Assembly (NCBI GenBank): GCA_044220955.1
Contig: JBGAQA010000081.1
Span: 1 to 20,496, forward strand
Direction: 5' to 3'
Source: Sandaracinaceae bacterium
Lineage (GTDB): Bacteria; Myxococcota_A; Polyangia; Polyangiales; Sandaracinaceae
Length of the DNA stretch: 20,496 nucleotides
The notes beneath the pieces are model-generated. The model did no database searches and was not told where the DNA came from. It saw only the letters and a program-made list of their open reading frames with translations. Positions 1 to 7,680 of the stretch are shown here, in pieces (positions within the stretch are counted from its first letter, which is position 1; the number at the start of each line of letters is the position of its first letter). The position numbers and the translations under genes are program-made.

Positions 1-108
1 CGCTGTCGTCCTCGCTGTCGTCCTCGCTGTCGTCCTCGCTGTCGTCCTCGCTGTCGTCCTCGCTGTCGTCCTCGCTGTCGTCCTCGCCGTCGTCCTCGCC
101 GTCGTCGT
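1..108. repeat. 12-bp tandem repeat (CGCTGTCGTCCT): 7 perfect plus 2 degenerate copies, in frame within the kinase and encoding (EDDS/EDDG)n
   Basis: Read directly: perfect copies at 1-84, variants cgccgtcgtcct at 85-96 and cgccgtcgtcgt at 97-108. The array is open at the window edge. Confidence 0.95.
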
Positions 109-1312
109 CGGTCGCGGCGGGCGCCGCCGCATCGGGCGCCGGGGCGGCTGCGACGATGGACGGCGCGGGGGTCGCGGGCGGCGCAGCGATCGGCGCCGCC
201 GGGGCACCGCCCATCATCGCGACGATGCCCAGCCCGATCAGCGCGAGCGAGCCAGCCCCGGCGAGCGCCCACTTCCACGCGCTCGACCCCGCTGGCGCCG
301 CGGGCACGACCGGCGCAGACGGGGGCGGCGTCGGCGCAGGCAGGACCAGCGCGGTCGCAGGCAAGGTCGCCGCCGAGAACGCGGTCGCCGGGAACGCGGC
401 CGGCGTCGCGAGCGGCGCGCCCTCGAGCAGCGCGATGAGCGCCGGCAGGGCCGCGCTCGCGTCCGGATAGCGCCTCGTCGGGTCTCGATCGACCGCGCGC
501 GCGAACCAGGCGTCGAAACCCGGCGGCACGAGGCCTCCGGCGAGCAGCTCCTCGGCGCGCACGCTCGGTGGAGGCATCGGCTCGACCATCATCTCCACGA
601 GGAGCGCCGTCAGCGAGCTGTTCTCCTTGCTCGGCGCCCTCCAGTACGGCTTGCCCGTGAGCAGGTAGAACGCGATCAGGCCCAGCGCCCACACGTCCGT
701 CGCCGTGCTCACGCGGCCCGTGTCGGTCTGCTCGGGCGCCATCCACATCGGCGAGCCCACCCCCTGCGTGGTCTTGGCGCCCTTGGCGTCGGCGACGAGC
801 GCCGCCACGCCGAAGTCGAGGACCTTCAGCGTGAAGGGAACGCCCTCGCGACGCGGGCTCGCGAGGAACAGGTTCTCGGGCTTGAGATCGCGGTGGACGA
901 TGCCGGCGCGATGCGCGGCGGACAGCGCGTGGCCGAGCTGCTTGACGACCTCCAGCGTCTCGGCGATCGAGAGGCGCCCGCTCCTCTCGACGCGGTCGGC
1001 GAGCGTCTCTCCCTTGAGCAGCTCCATGCAGAGCCACGGCGTGCTCGTCTTGGTGTCGACACCTGCCCCGATCACCTCGACGACGTGATCGCTCTCGATC
1101 TTGGACGCCACCTGCGCCTCGCGCTGGAAGCGCTCGATGCTCTTCTCGTCCGACGCGATCTGAGGGTGCATCAGCTTGAGCGCCCGCTCGCGCGCCGTGC
1201 CGAGCTGCTCGACCACGTAGACCGCCCCCATCCCGCCGCGCGCGAGCGGTCGGACGACCTTGAACTGCCCGGCGAAGATGGCCCCTCCGGATAGGTCGAG
1301 CAGCTCGCTCAT
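1..1312 (-). CDS. Hanks-type Ser/Thr protein kinase with a C-terminal TM helix and Pro/Ala-rich plus acidic tail (3' end runs off the window)
   Basis: Not in the ORF track because it has no stop in the window; translated by hand from ATG 1312. It reads MSELLDLSGGAIFAGQFKVVRPLARGGMGAVY..ALKLM..ERFQREA..HRDLKPENLFL..KVLDFG..GSPMWMAPEQ..DVWALG, covering the main kinase subdomain motifs. A TM segment WKWALAGAGSLALIGLGIVAMM and (EDDS)n repeats follow. Confidence 0.95.
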   Translation of the reverse strand, partial: MSELLDLSGGAIFAGQFKVVRPLARGGMGAVYVVEQLGTARERALKLMHPQIASDEKSIERFQREAQVASKIESDHVVEVIGAGVDTKTSTPWLCMELLKGETLADRVERSGRLSIAETLEVVKQLGHALSAAHRAGIVHRDLKPENLFLASPRREGVPFTLKVLDFGVAALVADAKGAKTTQGVGSPMWMAPEQTDTGRVSTATDVWALGLIAFYLLTGKPYWRAPSKENSSLTALLVEMMVEPMPPPSVRAEELLAGGLVPPGFDAWFARAVDRDPTRRYPDASAALPALIALLEGAPLATPAAFPATAFSAATLPATALVLPAPTPPPSAPVVPAAPAGSSAWKWALAGAGSLALIGLGIVAMMGGAPAAPIAAPPATPAPSIVAAAPAPDAAAPAATDDDGEDDGEDDSEDDSEDDSEDDSEDDSEDDSEDDS

Positions 1313-1319
1313 CGCCGCG

Positions 1320-1325
1320 AGCGTA
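1320..1325 (-). promoter_or_regulatory. Putative -10 hexamer TACGCT, 7 nt upstream of the kinase ATG (leaderless-type)
   Basis: The minus strand reads TACGCT-cgcggcg-ATG, with no SD. Confidence 0.5.
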
Positions 1326-1331
1326 GTCGAA

Positions 1332-1348
1332 TCACGCTCGTCGCGTGA
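1332..1348. promoter_or_regulatory. Inverted repeat TCACGC-N5-GCGTGA between divergent promoters (candidate operator)
   Basis: Perfect 6-bp arms inside the 78-bp kinase/oxyR intergenic region. Confidence 0.3.
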
Positions 1349-1390
1349 AGCGCCGGAGCGCGTCGCGCCGTAGGCTCGTCCGACACCGCC

Positions 1391-2347
1391 ATGGGCCACG
1401 CTCCGCACCCTTTCACGCTCCGCCAGCTCCAGTACGCCGTCGCCGTCGCCGACGACCTCTCGTTCCGGCGGGCGGCGGAGCGCTGCCGCGTCGCCCAGCC
1501 GTCGCTGAGCGCCCAGATCGCCCAGCTCGAGCGCGCCCTCGGCGCTCGGCTCTTCGAGCGCGGGGCCAAGCGCGTGCTCGTCACCCCGGCGGGCCGCGAC
1601 CTCGTCGAGCGAGCGCGCCTCTTGCTGGTCGGCGCCGACGACCTCGTCGTCGCCGCCAGGCGCGCCGCCGATCCGCTCTCCGGCGCCCTGCGCGTCGGCG
1701 TGATCCCGACGATCGCGCCGTACTTGCTCCCGCTCGTCGCGCCGCAGCTCCGCGCCCGCCTCCCCCGCCTGGCCATCGCGTGGCGCGAGGACAAGACCTC
1801 TCTCCTCGTGGCGGCTCTCGCTGCCGGCGAGATCGACGCGGCGCTGCTCGCGCTCGACGGGACCGAGGGCGACGTCGCGCGCGACGTGATCGCGACCGAC
1901 CCGTTCGTCCTGGCGGTGCCGGGCACGCATCCGCTCGCCCGCGGCCGGGCGCCCGTCTCGAGCCCGGAGCTGCGCCGGGACGACGTGCTCCTGCTCGACG
2001 AGGGACACTGCTTCCGCGATCAGGCGCTGGAGGTGTGCGCGCGCGCGCGTGCCCGGGAGTCCGAGCTGCGCGCGACCAGCCTCGCGACCCTGGTCCAGAT
2101 GGTGGCGGGCGGCGCGGGGATCACGCTGCTCCCGGCGCTCTGCGTCCCGACGGAGGCGAGGGCCGCGGGGCTCACGACGCGCCCGCTCGCGTCCGCCGGC
2201 GCGCGTCGGCGCATCGCGCTGATCTGGCGCAAGCGCTCGCCCGCGGAGGGGACGCTGCGGCAGATCGCGAGCGTCGTCCGGGACGCGTACCCACGTCCCG
2301 GCGCCGCGCGTGTCCGCGAGCGCTCGGGTGCGCCGGCCCGCTCGTAG
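1391..2347 (+). CDS. oxyR: LysR-family hydrogen peroxide sensor OxyR
   Basis: N-terminal LysR HTH (TLRQLQYAVAVA..SFRRAAERCRVAQPSLSAQI). It has the OxyR signatures GVIPTIAPYLLP, LLDEGHCFRDQALEVC (C-x8-C redox pair, equivalent to E. coli C199/C208) and RATSLATLVQMVAGGAGITLLP. Confidence 0.88.
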   Translation: MGHAPHPFTLRQLQYAVAVADDLSFRRAAERCRVAQPSLSAQIAQLERALGARLFERGAKRVLVTPAGRDLVERARLLLVGADDLVVAARRAADPLSGALRVGVIPTIAPYLLPLVAPQLRARLPRLAIAWREDKTSLLVAALAAGEIDAALLALDGTEGDVARDVIATDPFVLAVPGTHPLARGRAPVSSPELRRDDVLLLDEGHCFRDQALEVCARARARESELRATSLATLVQMVAGGAGITLLPALCVPTEARAAGLTTRPLASAGARRRIALIWRKRSPAEGTLRQIASVVRDAYPRPGAARVRERSGAPARS

Positions 2348-2357
2348 CGTCGCAGGG

Positions 2358-2400
2358 GAACGCGAGCGGTCGGCTCGGCTCGCTCGCCCGACGTTCGTTT
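2358..2400 (+). terminator. Possible intrinsic terminator after oxyR
   Basis: Stem GCGAGCG (2362-2368) pairs with CGCTCGC (2381-2387), with an outer GAAC/GTTC pair. The tail is only weakly T-rich (GTTCGTTT). Confidence 0.3.
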
Positions 2401-2404
2401 GGCG

Positions 2405-2410
2405 TAGCAT
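2405..2410 (+). promoter_or_regulatory. Putative -10 hexamer TAGCAT, 7 nt upstream of ATG 2418 (leaderless-type)
   Basis: TAGCAT-cgtcccc-ATG, with no SD. Confidence 0.5.
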
Positions 2411-2417
2411 CGTCCCC

Positions 2418-4286
2418 ATGCGACACGGGATGTCTCTCGCGCTCTGGCTCGTCGTGCTCGGCATGCCCGCCTGCTCGCCGCCCTCGACGACGACCTGCAG
2501 CTCCAACCGCGAGTGCGGCTTCGGGGCGTGCGTGGACGGTCGCTGCGTCGCGCACCCGGACGTCGGCGGCGCCGACGCGGGCCCCTCCGATGCGTTCGTC
2601 GAGCGCCCCGACGCGGCGCTGGCCGACGCGGGCCCGCCGCGCGGCCTGGGCTGCAGCGCCGATCTCCGCGACGTCCTCGACTCGAGCGGGGGCGTGCTGC
2701 GCACGTGCCCCGACGATCAGGGCTGCTCGATGGGTACCTGCGTTCCCGCCTGTGACGCCGCAGCGGCAGCGCACGGCAGCATCGGCTGTGGGTTCCTGGC
2801 GATGACGCCGCCGACGTACCCGCCGGCGCTCCCGCCCTGCCACGCCGTCTTCCTCGCGAACACGTGGGACACGCCCGTGCGCGTCACCGTCGCGCGCGGC
2901 GGCACGAGCTACGACGCGACGGCGTTCGGGCGCATCGTGGACAACGCGACCACGCCCGATCACTGGGCGGCCATCCCCGCGGCCGGGATTCCGGTGGACG
3001 CCGTGGGCGTCCTCTTCCTCTCCAGCGATCCCCACGCCGTGATGCCCGAGACGGGCACGCCGCTCACCTGCCCCGTGACGCCCGCGATCGACGCGTCGAC
3101 CGTGATCGCGGACACGGGCCGGGGCGACGCGTGGTCGATCGCGACCGACGCGCCGGTCAGCGCGTACGACATCATCCCGTTCGGCGGGGCACCGAGCTTC
3201 TTCCCCAGCGCCTCGCTGCTCCTTCCGGTGAGCGCGCTCGGCGACCAGTACGTGGTGATCGCGACGCCGATCGGCACGGCCTCGCCTGCCGGTCCGCAGT
3301 GGCTCGCGGTGATCGCAGGCAGCACGTCGACCACCGTGTCGATCCGTCCGACGATCGATCTCGCCGCCGGTGGCGGGCTGCCCGCGATCGCCGCAGGCGC
3401 CACCGGCATGGCGACGCTCGCGCCCGGCCAGGTCGCGCAGTGGCAGCTGCCCACGAGCACGACGGTCGACACGTCGGGCACGATCGTCACCGCCGACCAG
3501 CCGGTCGCGGTCGTCGCCGGCAATCGGTTCTTCCGTCTGCAGACCACGCCGGGCCCCGGCGGCGAGGGCACGCACCAGCAGATCTTGCCCGTCGACGCGC
3601 TCGGCCACCGCTACGTCGCCGCGCCGTTCACCACACGGCGCATGGACCTCGCGCCCGAGTCGATCCCGTACCGGCTGGTCGGGGCGGTCGACGGCACCAC
3701 CCTGACGTTCGACCCCGCGATCGCCGGAGCGCCGGCCACGCTCGCGCGCGGACAGATCGTGGACCTCTCCTCGGACGCCGCGTTCGTCGTCTCGAGCCAG
3801 GACGCGATGCACCCCTTCGCGCTCGGCCAGGTGATGCCGACGGCGAATCTCGCCGGCGGCTCGCGCCCCGGGGCACAGAATTCGATGTTCGGCCCGCAGC
3901 TCGGCGACGAGGAGTTCGTGGTGCTCTTCCCACCGGAGCAGTTCCTCTCGCGCTACGTCTTCTTCACGGACCCCACGTACTGGACCACGAACCTCTCGCT
4001 CGTGCGGGTGCCCGACGCGAGGGGCGTATTCCAGCCGGTCACGGTGGACTGTCTCGGCGAGGTCGGCGGCTGGACGGCCGCGGGCGGGGCCCACGCCTAC
4101 GAGGTCGCGACGGTCGACCTCGTCCGTGCGGGCGCGGGCATCGGGACCTGCGTGAACGGTCACCACGTCGCCTCGAGTGACGCGCCCTTCGGCGTCGTGG
4201 TGTGGGGCACGGACGCGTACGCGTCGTACGCATATCCGGCTGGCGGTAACGCCCGACAGCTCGTGATGCTACCTCCCCTGATCTGA
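2418..4286 (+). CDS. IgGFc-binding-domain surface lipoprotein with a Cys-rich N-terminal module
   Basis: Start moved to ATG 2418, giving a signal peptide with lipobox-like LGMPA-C. Cys-rich CSSNRECGFGACVDGRC follows. IgGFc_binding-like motifs are SASLLLPVSALGDQYVV, SGTIVTADQPVAVVAG, QQILPVDALGHRYVAAP, PPEQFLSRYVF and PFGVVVWG..SYAYPAG. Confidence 0.8.
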   Translation: MRHGMSLALWLVVLGMPACSPPSTTTCSSNRECGFGACVDGRCVAHPDVGGADAGPSDAFVERPDAALADAGPPRGLGCSADLRDVLDSSGGVLRTCPDDQGCSMGTCVPACDAAAAAHGSIGCGFLAMTPPTYPPALPPCHAVFLANTWDTPVRVTVARGGTSYDATAFGRIVDNATTPDHWAAIPAAGIPVDAVGVLFLSSDPHAVMPETGTPLTCPVTPAIDASTVIADTGRGDAWSIATDAPVSAYDIIPFGGAPSFFPSASLLLPVSALGDQYVVIATPIGTASPAGPQWLAVIAGSTSTTVSIRPTIDLAAGGGLPAIAAGATGMATLAPGQVAQWQLPTSTTVDTSGTIVTADQPVAVVAGNRFFRLQTTPGPGGEGTHQQILPVDALGHRYVAAPFTTRRMDLAPESIPYRLVGAVDGTTLTFDPAIAGAPATLARGQIVDLSSDAAFVVSSQDAMHPFALGQVMPTANLAGGSRPGAQNSMFGPQLGDEEFVVLFPPEQFLSRYVFFTDPTYWTTNLSLVRVPDARGVFQPVTVDCLGEVGGWTAAGGAHAYEVATVDLVRAGAGIGTCVNGHHVASSDAPFGVVVWGTDAYASYAYPAGGNARQLVMLPPLI

Positions 4287-4331
4287 AGCCACGGCCCGCC
4301 TGCGTCGGAATGAACGTCCCGGGGTCGCGCG

Positions 4332-4340
4332 TGCTACCAA
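4332..4340 (+). promoter_or_regulatory. Putative extended -10 (TG-C-TACCAA), 7 nt upstream of the glmS ATG (leaderless-type)
   Basis: TGCTACCAA-cacgggc-ATG, with no SD. Confidence 0.45.
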
Positions 4341-4347
4341 CACGGGC

Positions 4348-6183
4348 ATGTGTGGAATCGTCGGGTACGTCGGCACGGAGCAGGTCGCGGGGATCCTTCT
4401 CGATGGCCTCCGGCGGCTCGAGTACCGCGGGTACGACTCGGCGGGGCTCGCCATCGTCGGGCCCGACGGTGAGGTGAGGGTCGCCCGCGCGGTCGGCAAG
4501 CTGAGGAACCTGGAGAAGGCGCTCGAGACGGCGCCGCTCGCGGGCACGACCGGCATCGGGCACACACGCTGGGCGACGCACGGCCGGCCGACCGAGGTGA
4601 ACGCGCACCCGCACGTCTCCGGGCCGATCGCCGTCGTGCACAACGGCATCATCGAGAACCACCTCTCGCTGCGCGCGCGCCTGGTCGAGCGCGGCACGAA
4701 GATCGTGAGCGACACCGACACCGAGATCGTCGCGCACATGGTCCACGAGAAGACCAAGGAGGGTCTCGCGCTCGAGGATGCGGTCCGCGCGGCCCTCGCG
4801 GAGATGCACGGCGCGTATGCGATCGCCGTCCTCTCGAAGAACGAGCCGGGCAAGATCGTGGTCGCCAAGTCGTCCTCGCCGCTCGTCCTGGGGCTCGCGG
4901 AGGGCGCGACGCTCTGCGGCTCGGACATCCCGGCGCTGCTCCCGTACACGCGCAGGATGATCTTCCTCGAGGACGGCGACATGGCCGTGCTCGAGAAAGG
5001 CGGAGTGCGCGTCTCGCGCGTCGACGGCGCGGCCGTCACGCGGGAGGAGAAGTACATCGACTGGTCGCCGGTGATGGCCGAGAAGGCCGGCTACAAGCAC
5101 TTCATGCTGAAGGAGATCTTCGAGCAGCCCCGCGCCCTCGAGGACACGCTCCGCGGGCGCCTCGATCGCGAGAACGGCACCGTGCACGCCCACGAGATCG
5201 GGCTCTCGGAGGCCGACGCGAAGGCCGTGAAGCGCGTGTACCTCCTCGCGTGCGGCACGAGCCACCACGCGGCGATGGTCGGCCGCTACTACTTCGAGAT
5301 GATCGCGAAGATCCCCGCGACCGTCGAGCTCGCGAGCGAGTTCCGAGGGCGGGAGCCGCTGATCGGCGAGGGCGACCTCGTCGTCGCCGTGAGCCAGTCG
5401 GGCGAGACCGTCGACACGCTCGTCGCCGCGCGCGAGGCGAAGGAGAAGGGCGCCAAGCTCCTCGCGATCGCCAACGTCATCGGCAGCGCCATCCCGCGCC
5501 TCTCGCACGCCGCGTTCTACACGCACGCTGGCCCGGAGATCGGCGTCGCGTCCACCAAGTGCTTCTCGACGCAGATGGCCGCGCTCCTGATGCTGGCGAC
5601 CTGGCTCGGCAAGCAGCGCGGCGCGATCGACGACGCCCGCGCGCGCGAGCTCGTCGAGGGCATGGCCAAGCTTCCCGAGCAGATGCGCGACGTCCTCGCA
5701 GGGACGCGTCAGCTCGTGAGCAACGTCGCCAAGCGCCACCAGCACGCGCGCGACGTGCTCTTCCTCGGGCGCGGCCTCTCGTATCCGATCGCGCTCGAGG
5801 GTGCGCTCAAGCTCAAGGAGATCTCGTACGTGCACGCGGAGGGCTACGCGGCCGGCGAGATGAAGCACGGCCCGATCGCGCTCATCGACGCCGAGGTGCC
5901 GGTCTTCGTCATCGCGCCCCACGACCGCTGGTACGATCGCACGCTCTCGAACCTGCAGGAGGCCAAGGCGCGCGAGGGGCGCGTCATCGCGATCGCGAGC
6001 GAGGGCGACGACGCGATCCACGGCCTCACCGGCGAGGTGATCGAGATCCCCAAGACGCTCGAGGCGCTCACGCCCTTTCTCACCGTGCTGCCGCAGCAGC
6101 TCTACGCGTACTACGTGGCCGACGCGAAGGGGACCGACGTCGATCAGCCGCGGAACCTCGCCAAGACCGTCACCGTCGAGTGA
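4348..6183 (+). CDS. glmS: Glutamine--fructose-6-phosphate transaminase (isomerizing)
   Basis: MCGIVGY start with the catalytic Cys, then LEYRGYDSAG, GIGHTRWATHG, HNGIIEN, SQSGET, GPEIGVASTK, EMKHGPIAL and C-terminal DQPRNLAKTVTVE; 611 aa. Confidence 0.99.
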   Translation: MCGIVGYVGTEQVAGILLDGLRRLEYRGYDSAGLAIVGPDGEVRVARAVGKLRNLEKALETAPLAGTTGIGHTRWATHGRPTEVNAHPHVSGPIAVVHNGIIENHLSLRARLVERGTKIVSDTDTEIVAHMVHEKTKEGLALEDAVRAALAEMHGAYAIAVLSKNEPGKIVVAKSSSPLVLGLAEGATLCGSDIPALLPYTRRMIFLEDGDMAVLEKGGVRVSRVDGAAVTREEKYIDWSPVMAEKAGYKHFMLKEIFEQPRALEDTLRGRLDRENGTVHAHEIGLSEADAKAVKRVYLLACGTSHHAAMVGRYYFEMIAKIPATVELASEFRGREPLIGEGDLVVAVSQSGETVDTLVAAREAKEKGAKLLAIANVIGSAIPRLSHAAFYTHAGPEIGVASTKCFSTQMAALLMLATWLGKQRGAIDDARARELVEGMAKLPEQMRDVLAGTRQLVSNVAKRHQHARDVLFLGRGLSYPIALEGALKLKEISYVHAEGYAAGEMKHGPIALIDAEVPVFVIAPHDRWYDRTLSNLQEAKAREGRVIAIASEGDDAIHGLTGEVIEIPKTLEALTPFLTVLPQQLYAYYVADAKGTDVDQPRNLAKTVTVE

Positions 6184-6194
6184 GCACGAAGGGC

Positions 6195-6938
6195 ATGTCG
6201 GTGGTGCTCGCGCTCGCGTGCGTGATCGCCGCCGAGACGAGACCGGCGGTCGCACAGGTGGCGGCCTTCGAGGGCAGGGCCCCCGCCGAGCTCGTGCAGC
6301 GAGCGACGTGGTGCGAGCAGGGCGATCACCGAGCGTGCCGCGAGGTGCTACGGCGCTACCGCGAGCGCGAGGATCTGCCGGCCGATCCGGCCGTGGCGCG
6401 CCAGCTCCTCGACTCGCTCTGCCAGGATCTCGCCTACGCCCCGCACAGCGCGACGTTCGTCGAGATGCAGGCGATCGAGCGCCGCGCCTCGCCCTGCTTC
6501 CACGAGCTCTTCGTGCTCGAGCGCGCCGCGTGTGACGGCGGCGACCTCATGGTCTGCCTCGACCTCGTCGGGCTCTACCAGCTCGGGCGCGGGGTCGCCC
6601 GGAGCGAGCGCCGCGCGCGCGCGCTTCTCTCGAGCGTGTGCGACACGGAGACGGCCGGCGTCGCGCGCGCGCTCGCGTGCGATCAGCTGGGCGAGATGTA
6701 CGAGGCCGGGGGCCACGGCGTCCGTCGAGACGGGGCACGGGCGCTCGCGCTCCACGAGCGTGCGTGTGCCGACTCGGCAGCGTCGTGCGAGCGGCTCGGT
6801 GCTCTCTACGAGGACGGCACGCTGGGCCCGGTCGACCTGCCCCGCGCGCGTGCCGCCTACGAGCGGGCCTGCCGCGTCGCTCGGACGCCGCACGCGTGCG
6901 ATCAGCTCGCGCGGATCGACGCGAGAGCCGCGCCGTGA
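6195..6938 (+). CDS. Exported Cys-rich Sel1-like repeat protein
   Basis: This is the 3' part of ORF 5250..6938, starting at ATG 6195 (alternative GTG 6180). It has a signal-like N-terminus and repeated AC-x-GD-x-x-C-x-x-LG-x-x-Y-x-x-G units, e.g. ACDQLGEMYEAG, SCERLGALYEDG, ARAAYERAC. Confidence 0.8.
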   Translation: MSVVLALACVIAAETRPAVAQVAAFEGRAPAELVQRATWCEQGDHRACREVLRRYREREDLPADPAVARQLLDSLCQDLAYAPHSATFVEMQAIERRASPCFHELFVLERAACDGGDLMVCLDLVGLYQLGRGVARSERRARALLSSVCDTETAGVARALACDQLGEMYEAGGHGVRRDGARALALHERACADSAASCERLGALYEDGTLGPVDLPRARAAYERACRVARTPHACDQLARIDARAAP

Positions 6939-7675
6939 TCGCGGGCAAGGTCGTCGCCGTCGTCGTACCCGCGCACGACGAGGAGGAGCGCGTCGGAGCG
7001 ACGCTCGCGTCGATGCCGGCATGCGTGGACGCGATCGTGGTCGTCGACGACGGCAGCGTCGACCGCACGGCCGCGATCGTGGGCGCGTCCTCCGACGCGC
7101 GCGTCCGGCTGGTCGTGCATCGGCGCAACCTCGGCGTGGGCGCGGCGATCGTGAGCGGCTATCGAGCGGCGTTCGCGTCCGGCGCCGACGTCGCCGTCGT
7201 GATGGGCGCGGACGGACAGATGGACCCGACCGAGCTCGCGTCGCTCGCATCGCCGGTCGCTCGTGGCGAGGCGGACTACGCGAAGGGCGATCGCCTCGGA
7301 CACGCGCAGCTCGGCACGATGCCCATCGAGCGCCGTGTCGGCAACGTGCTCTTCTCCGCGCTCACGCGTGCGATGACCGGGCTCACGATCTCCGACTCGC
7401 AGTGCGGCTACACGGCGCTTTCCCGCGGAGCCGCCGCGCGCCTCGATCTCGACGCACTCTGGCCGGGCTACGGCTACCCGAACGATCTGCTCGCGCGCGC
7501 CGCGGACGCGGGCTTGCGCGTCGTCGATGTGCGCGTTCGCCCCATCTACGCGGGGGAACGAAGCGGGATCGGCCTCTGGGAAGGGCTCGTCGTCATCCCG
7601 GGCGTCATCCTGCGCGCCGGGCTCAGGCGTGCGATGCGTCGCGCGCGCGCCGGCTCCGTCGAGCCGGCCGAGTGA
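6935..7675 (+). CDS. Glycosyltransferase family 2 (DPM1-like)
   Basis: The GTG start overlaps the upstream TGA (GTGA). Motifs are VAVVVPAHDEE, IVVVDDGSVD, NLGVGAAIVSGY, ADGQMDP and ISDSQCGYTA. Confidence 0.92.
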   Translation: MIAGKVVAVVVPAHDEEERVGATLASMPACVDAIVVVDDGSVDRTAAIVGASSDARVRLVVHRRNLGVGAAIVSGYRAAFASGADVAVVMGADGQMDPTELASLASPVARGEADYAKGDRLGHAQLGTMPIERRVGNVLFSALTRAMTGLTISDSQCGYTALSRGAAARLDLDALWPGYGYPNDLLARAADAGLRVVDVRVRPIYAGERSGIGLWEGLVVIPGVILRAGLRRAMRRARAGSVEPAE

Positions 7676-7680
7676 GCGCC

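Noticed and set aside
1..108. CRISPR array or telomere-like repeat
   Set aside because: The 12-bp units are contiguous with no spacers and lie in frame within a CDS.
4287..4347. glmS ribozyme upstream of glmS
   Set aside because: The intergenic region is only 61 nt with no recognisable ribozyme core, and the gene looks leaderless.
7196..7230. GT2 lacking the first Asp of the DxD motif (VMGADGQMDP)
   Set aside because: Similar single-Asp variants are, to my knowledge, common in this DPM1-like subgroup, and the other motifs are intact, so this is not evidence of a pseudogene.
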